NCBI GenBank assembly: GCA_964019425.1
Contig: OZ025805.1
Location: 434,001 to 498,000 of the forward strand
Direction of reading: 5' to 3'
Source of the DNA: Flectonema sp. DT1601
Taxonomy: Eukaryota
DNA: 64,000 nucleotides
Shown: piece by piece, positions 59,426 to 64,000 of the stretch
How positions within the stretch are numbered: the first letter of the stretch is position 1
Layout of the letters: every line of letters begins with the position of its first letter
Program-made: the position numbers and the translations under genes
The notes under the pieces: generated by a model
What the model saw: only the letters and a program-made list of their open reading frames with translations
What the model was told of the DNA's origin: nothing
The model's database searches: none

Positions 59426-60617
59426 AATTTTTTGTTTATATTATTATGTACCCTTCAAAAAGTGGGGGGTCAGCTCGTTACGTATTTTAACAATTTTTTG
59501 ACTCATCTTTTTGTCAGCTTTCTTTTTTTTTTTTTTTTTTTTTTTAGTTTGTACCTAGTAGTGGTCCTACAAAAAAAAAAAAATCTATTTGTTTCGGTAG
59601 TAAGAGAAAGAGTGAATTTTTTTTTTTTTGTCATCGGTTTTTGCGAATAAAATGATGCAAAAAAAAAAAAAAAAAAAGAAATACTAATAATAAGGGTATA
59701 GCTATTAAGTAAAAAAAATAAAAAATAAAAAAAAATTATTACTTTTCACGTTTCTTCTTGTTTTATCTTTGTGAGTTCTAATTTTTTTTATATATATTTT
59801 TTTTAATTACTATTATTTGCCTATCTCATCCTATATACGATACGGAATGGTGTGCGATTTCGGCGTCGATTGCAATTTTTTTTTTTTTGGAAATTTTTTT
59901 TTGGAATTTTTTTTTGGAATGCATCGACGAAGTCGGAAGAAGAAAAAAAAAAAAAACTATTTCAGGTTAAGAACCATTTTATTTATTTATGGTCAAAAAA
60001 AATGCCCCTGTGGCCATCAATGGTCCTCCGATCACAAAATATAAGGCTTCATTTGAATAGTTTTTTTTTTTTTTTTTTTTTTTTTTTGTGCCCGAACGGT
60101 AAAGTTCTGTATTGGTGCACAATTGTGAAAGTCTTCGATCCTACGGGAAAGTTGCTATCCGAATGTTGTATTAATGCAGCGCTCCTCCTCCGCAATGCGC
60201 AACGAAACAGACAACAAAGTCTTAGTAAGGGAACACACTTTTTTTTTTTAAGTCTCTCTCTCTCTACTCCGCTGCATGATTGTACAATGAGACACTTAGA
60301 AAGAAGAAAAAGTTAGCGATTCTGTTCTTCTAGTTAAATCGAGAGTGCTAAACGTTAAAAAAAAAATTTAATTGTTTATTAATGCCCTTATTTTTCTTTG
60401 AGGATTGAATTTTTTTTTTTTTTTTTTTTTTATGCAACTACAGACTGCTATCGATGTATAGCTTTTTACTTTTTTTTTTTTTTTTTTTTGATCACAAAAA
60501 AAAAAAATGTGTGTGTTTTTTATGATTTCGCACACGACCCTCTCTCTTTTTCCTTTTTTTTTGAGTAGTTTCTTTTTTTTAAGGTATTTTCGGTACTGAT
60601 TACTTCGTTACTTTTTG

Positions 60618-60648
<31 letters not shown>

Positions 60649-61469
60649 TAATTCTGACATGAGTTAAAGGGTTTGTTTTGATTGACTGCAAGTTATCTTA
60701 TTTTTGTGTAACTTCACTCTCCCTTAACAGAGATTATTTTAAAAAGGCTGAGTTAAGCATCACCATGTATTTCTTAACAGATTGTTAATATGATACAAAA
60801 CAGTTGTGTTTTATAAATTCAAGCATTCAAACCCCCAACAGAACATATAATTTAAAGTAACTACATTTCAGTCCTGCTAACTGGAATGACTCAGTCTCAA
60901 CATTTGACTGACTTAGAGGTAAGGAGGCGTATATGGATTACTCTCGAAACCTAAATAGTTACTTTAAAAGGTTAAGTTAAGCATCACACCTAGTCACTGT
61001 ATCTAAAAACTAATGTTAAATTATCGTTATGTTGTTTATGATACAACACAGTTGTAATTTTTACAAAAATCGAACATACATCCCCACATATGGGATTTTT
61101 TATCGATACCAAGTATTGATATTCTTATATTGCAACCAGGTTTGGCCGAACCCTATTCTCGTTTTAGTCAGTTTTAGCAAGTTGCTTTATATTTAATAAT
61201 AGTATCAAGTTACCCCCCAACAGGTTTTCGTATGGATGGCTTCTATGGAATGGCAACACAGATTAGTTGATTACGAACATTACCTTTTAGTCAAATTATT
61301 TTATAAATCGCTTCTCATATTCTGAATAGTTTCATTTTTTTTGTTAATTTAAGTCCCTTTTTCTCAACCCACCAGCCAAAAAAAAAAAAAAAAAAAAAAA
61401 AACACCGAGAAGACAAACAAAAAAAACAACCCAAGAGGTGAAAAAAAAAAAAGAAATAATAATAATAAA

Positions 61470-61811
61470 ATGGGAAACTGTAGTGGGAAGAAAGCTCAAA
61501 AACCAAAGGCGGAGAAACCAACAAAGCAAGAAAAAGTCCAACCGACACCAGTGACAGTCGAGGCTAAGAAAGTCTCTGAGAAACAAGCTGCAGCTGCAGC
61601 AGCAGCAGCAGATCAAAAAGAAGAAGCGTTACGGAGTACTCCAGTTGTGAAGGAGGAACCAAAGGAAGAAGAAAAACCTGCAACTGAAAAGCAAAATCAA
61701 CCAGAGCTTCATGAACTTCTAGCAATGGCAACTAATGCCGTGGTCAATATGGACAATCAGCATGAGTTAGAAAAAGCAGAGAGAGACACATACTACACAG
61801 AAAGAACATAG
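61470..61811 (+). CDS. Small putatively myristoylated/palmitoylated protein
   Basis: MGNCSG N-terminus and normal coding composition within low-complexity DNA. Confidence 0.7.
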   Translation: MGNCSGKKAQKPKAEKPTKQEKVQPTPVTVEAKKVSEKQAAAAAAAADQKEEALRSTPVVKEEPKEEEKPATEKQNQPELHELLAMATNAVVNMDNQHELEKAERDTYYTERT

Positions 61812-63665
61812 TTTTGCTGACAGTGTAGTCACAAACGAAAATTAGAGACTTTTTTATATTTTATTTTTTTATTTTTTTATATGCACCCAGAACATATATG
61901 GCCTGGAAGGCCGCCTACGAAGGTTGGGGGCAGCAGTTGTTCTTTATTGGTTTTTCACAGTTTTTTTTTTCTTTTTTTTTTTTTTTTTTTTCCGTACATT
62001 GTTCAATCACTTGTGCGAAAATAAAAAAATAAAAATAAAAGGTGAGGAAAGCGGAAAGGAAAAAGCGGTTCTACTTTTTCCTTTGTTTGTTTTTTTTTAA
62101 TTAGTTTCTTCTCCCTCAAGAACTCTAATTTAAAAAATTTAATTATACTTTTCCTTCTCAACAAGTTGTTTGTTCGCAACCAGGGGTACAAAATCCTAAT
62201 AAAGGAAAATAGGTTTGGTTACGCTGCACAACTTCTCCTCATCCCAATAATTTGTTTCTTGGGTGTACAAAAAAAAAAAAAAAGAGAACATCATCTCGCC
62301 TGTGAAAGCCTCACGGTTGTGGTAATGAATGAGCTTCTCCAGAGGCTTGATTCCAAAATGAATAAACTACTGCGCATTATATGTTTTTTTTTTTTTTTTT
62401 TTTATTTATTATTATTATTGAGCCTCGTCTTTTGAGTGTTTCTTTACTATCAATTGTGTAACAAAAAAAAAATATAAAAAAAAAAAAAATGTTTTTCTGC
62501 ACAATATGAAAAAAAAAAAAAAAAAAAAAGAAAAAAGGAAAACAAAAAAAATCGAAGAGGCATGCAGCGGTGATGATAGTTTTTTTTTTTTCTTTTCTAT
62601 TTTTTTCGGCTATGCCGAATGCTTTCTTCTTAGCTGAAGGCAAGAGGTGACAAAGTCTGTTCTGCATTTCATTTTATTTCTTTGTAAGATTGCGAAGGAG
62701 ATTTGGGAGGGGGGGGGGATGGGAAAAGGAGGTGGGGAGGGAGGGGGAAATTCAACTATTCACTAAATAATAATACAACTTAATGTAGGGATGTCATCAT
62801 ATTGTTTTTGTGTTACAGTAAAAAAAAAAAAGGGAAGACGATGTTGAAAATGAGAATAAACAAAGTACTCTGCCGCAGACTAAAGACAGACTTCTTGGGA
62901 GAGTTACGTGTCTTTTGAGGATCTCGTTTATTCTGAACGCATTTTCTTTTTTCCACGTCATTCATCGTTGTTTCGATTCAAAAAAAAATTGTATTAAAAA
63001 AAAAAAATAAATAAATAATAAAAAAAAAACAATACTTCGATTCCTGTTTTTTGTTTTTTTTTTTTTTTTGTCCCCCTGTTTTTCCCAGCACCACCTCCCG
63101 AGGTTTGCGATTTTATTTTCGGTCTTCTACTACCTTTTTTTTTTTTTTTGTTTTTTCCAACTTTTTCTCAAAACCCACCTCTTCTCCCCAACTACCCCTT
63201 TTTTTTGGGTACTATGCTTTCAAAGCACTCTCTACCCACTGAACACCCTTCACTTTTTTGTGTGACAATTGCTGTCAAAAGTATTGTGGTTATTTTGTGA
63301 TTCGTTACTTTTTACATTTCATGCAGGTATCAGATGTTGATTAAAAAGTGTTTTGAAAGGAAGAGTCGTTATATTACCCTTAAGCAACAGAATGTATCGA
63401 TGACTGGTGCTCTTTGGAAGGTATTGTGACGTCGGTTTTGGAAACAAGTAATTCATTGTAAAACAGTATTCATCTCCCTTTACAGGAATCTAACAACATG
63501 TCGCATTCTTCGTAGTATTCGATACCCAGACATGATTCAATGTAGGGATCGTATTTATATAATTGTTGCCGCCTGGCGTTTGGAACACAACATCCACACA
63601 TTCTTTACACAGCAGCCATATATTAACACCCCACAGCAAATAGTATTTCAAAAAACTAACAAACA

Positions 63666-64000
63666 ATGCAAATTTTTGTGACGTGTCCTGATTGGGGACT
63701 CCCCGCAGTGACAGTGACGGCTGGTGCTGATTCAGTTGTGAGCGACGTGTTGACGGCGGCGGCTGGGGAGTGGGATGTGGATCCGGAGGAAGTTGAACTC
63801 TCGTTTGCTGGTGATACCCTTTGCGAAACTGATCGGCTGGCAGATCATGGAGTGGTTGCAAACAGCGAGTTTGAAATGTGGAAGAAGCAGTTTAGGATAT
63901 TCGGTAAATGCTGGTTTGTTGATGATGCAAAACGGGAGAAGCTGCTTCTTTGGATGAGAGACCATATTACGGAGTACTTATGTCTGGACACTCCGACATT
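63666..64000 (+). CDS. Ubl-LRR family gene, 5' part (runs off the window)
   Basis: MQIFVTCPDWGLPAV... with the same upstream sequence as 45722. Confidence 0.88.
   Translation, partial: MQIFVTCPDWGLPAVTVTAGADSVVSDVLTAAAGEWDVDPEEVELSFAGDTLCETDRLADHGVVANSEFEMWKKQFRIFGKCWFVDDAKREKLLLWMRDHITEYLCLDTPT

Overview
AT-rich eukaryotic (protist) genomic DNA with long poly(A)/poly(T) tracts. Every credible gene lies on the + strand, most have a C-rich ...ACAG motif upstream, and a few carry GT-AG introns. This is most consistent with a euglenozoan (probably diplonemid-like) directional gene cluster, which is an inference. Housekeeping-type genes (OST3/6-like, PAM2 protein, dual-specificity phosphatase, MIT-domain protein, tetraspan protein) flank a repeat-rich accessory island at ~14.5-53 kb. 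The island holds a decayed Penelope-like element with an N-terminal GIY-YIG domain, a Crinkler-type NTPase/nuclease gene between 1.9-kb direct repeats, a 7.56-kb duplication carrying an S41 peptidase, and an array of ubiquitin-like + 25-aa LRR genes and pseudogenes. The most striking system is a sequence-specific retroelement pair that targets the coding LRR repeat. A ~0.7-kb non-autonomous element begins exactly with an HDV-like ribozyme fold and ends in oligo(T). A 5'-truncated non-LTR retrotransposon has unusual C-terminal Cys/His repeats. Both insert at ...AATCACTT^ with 20-bp target-site duplications, and some copies have mismatched in-register flanks that suggest element-mediated LRR shuffling.
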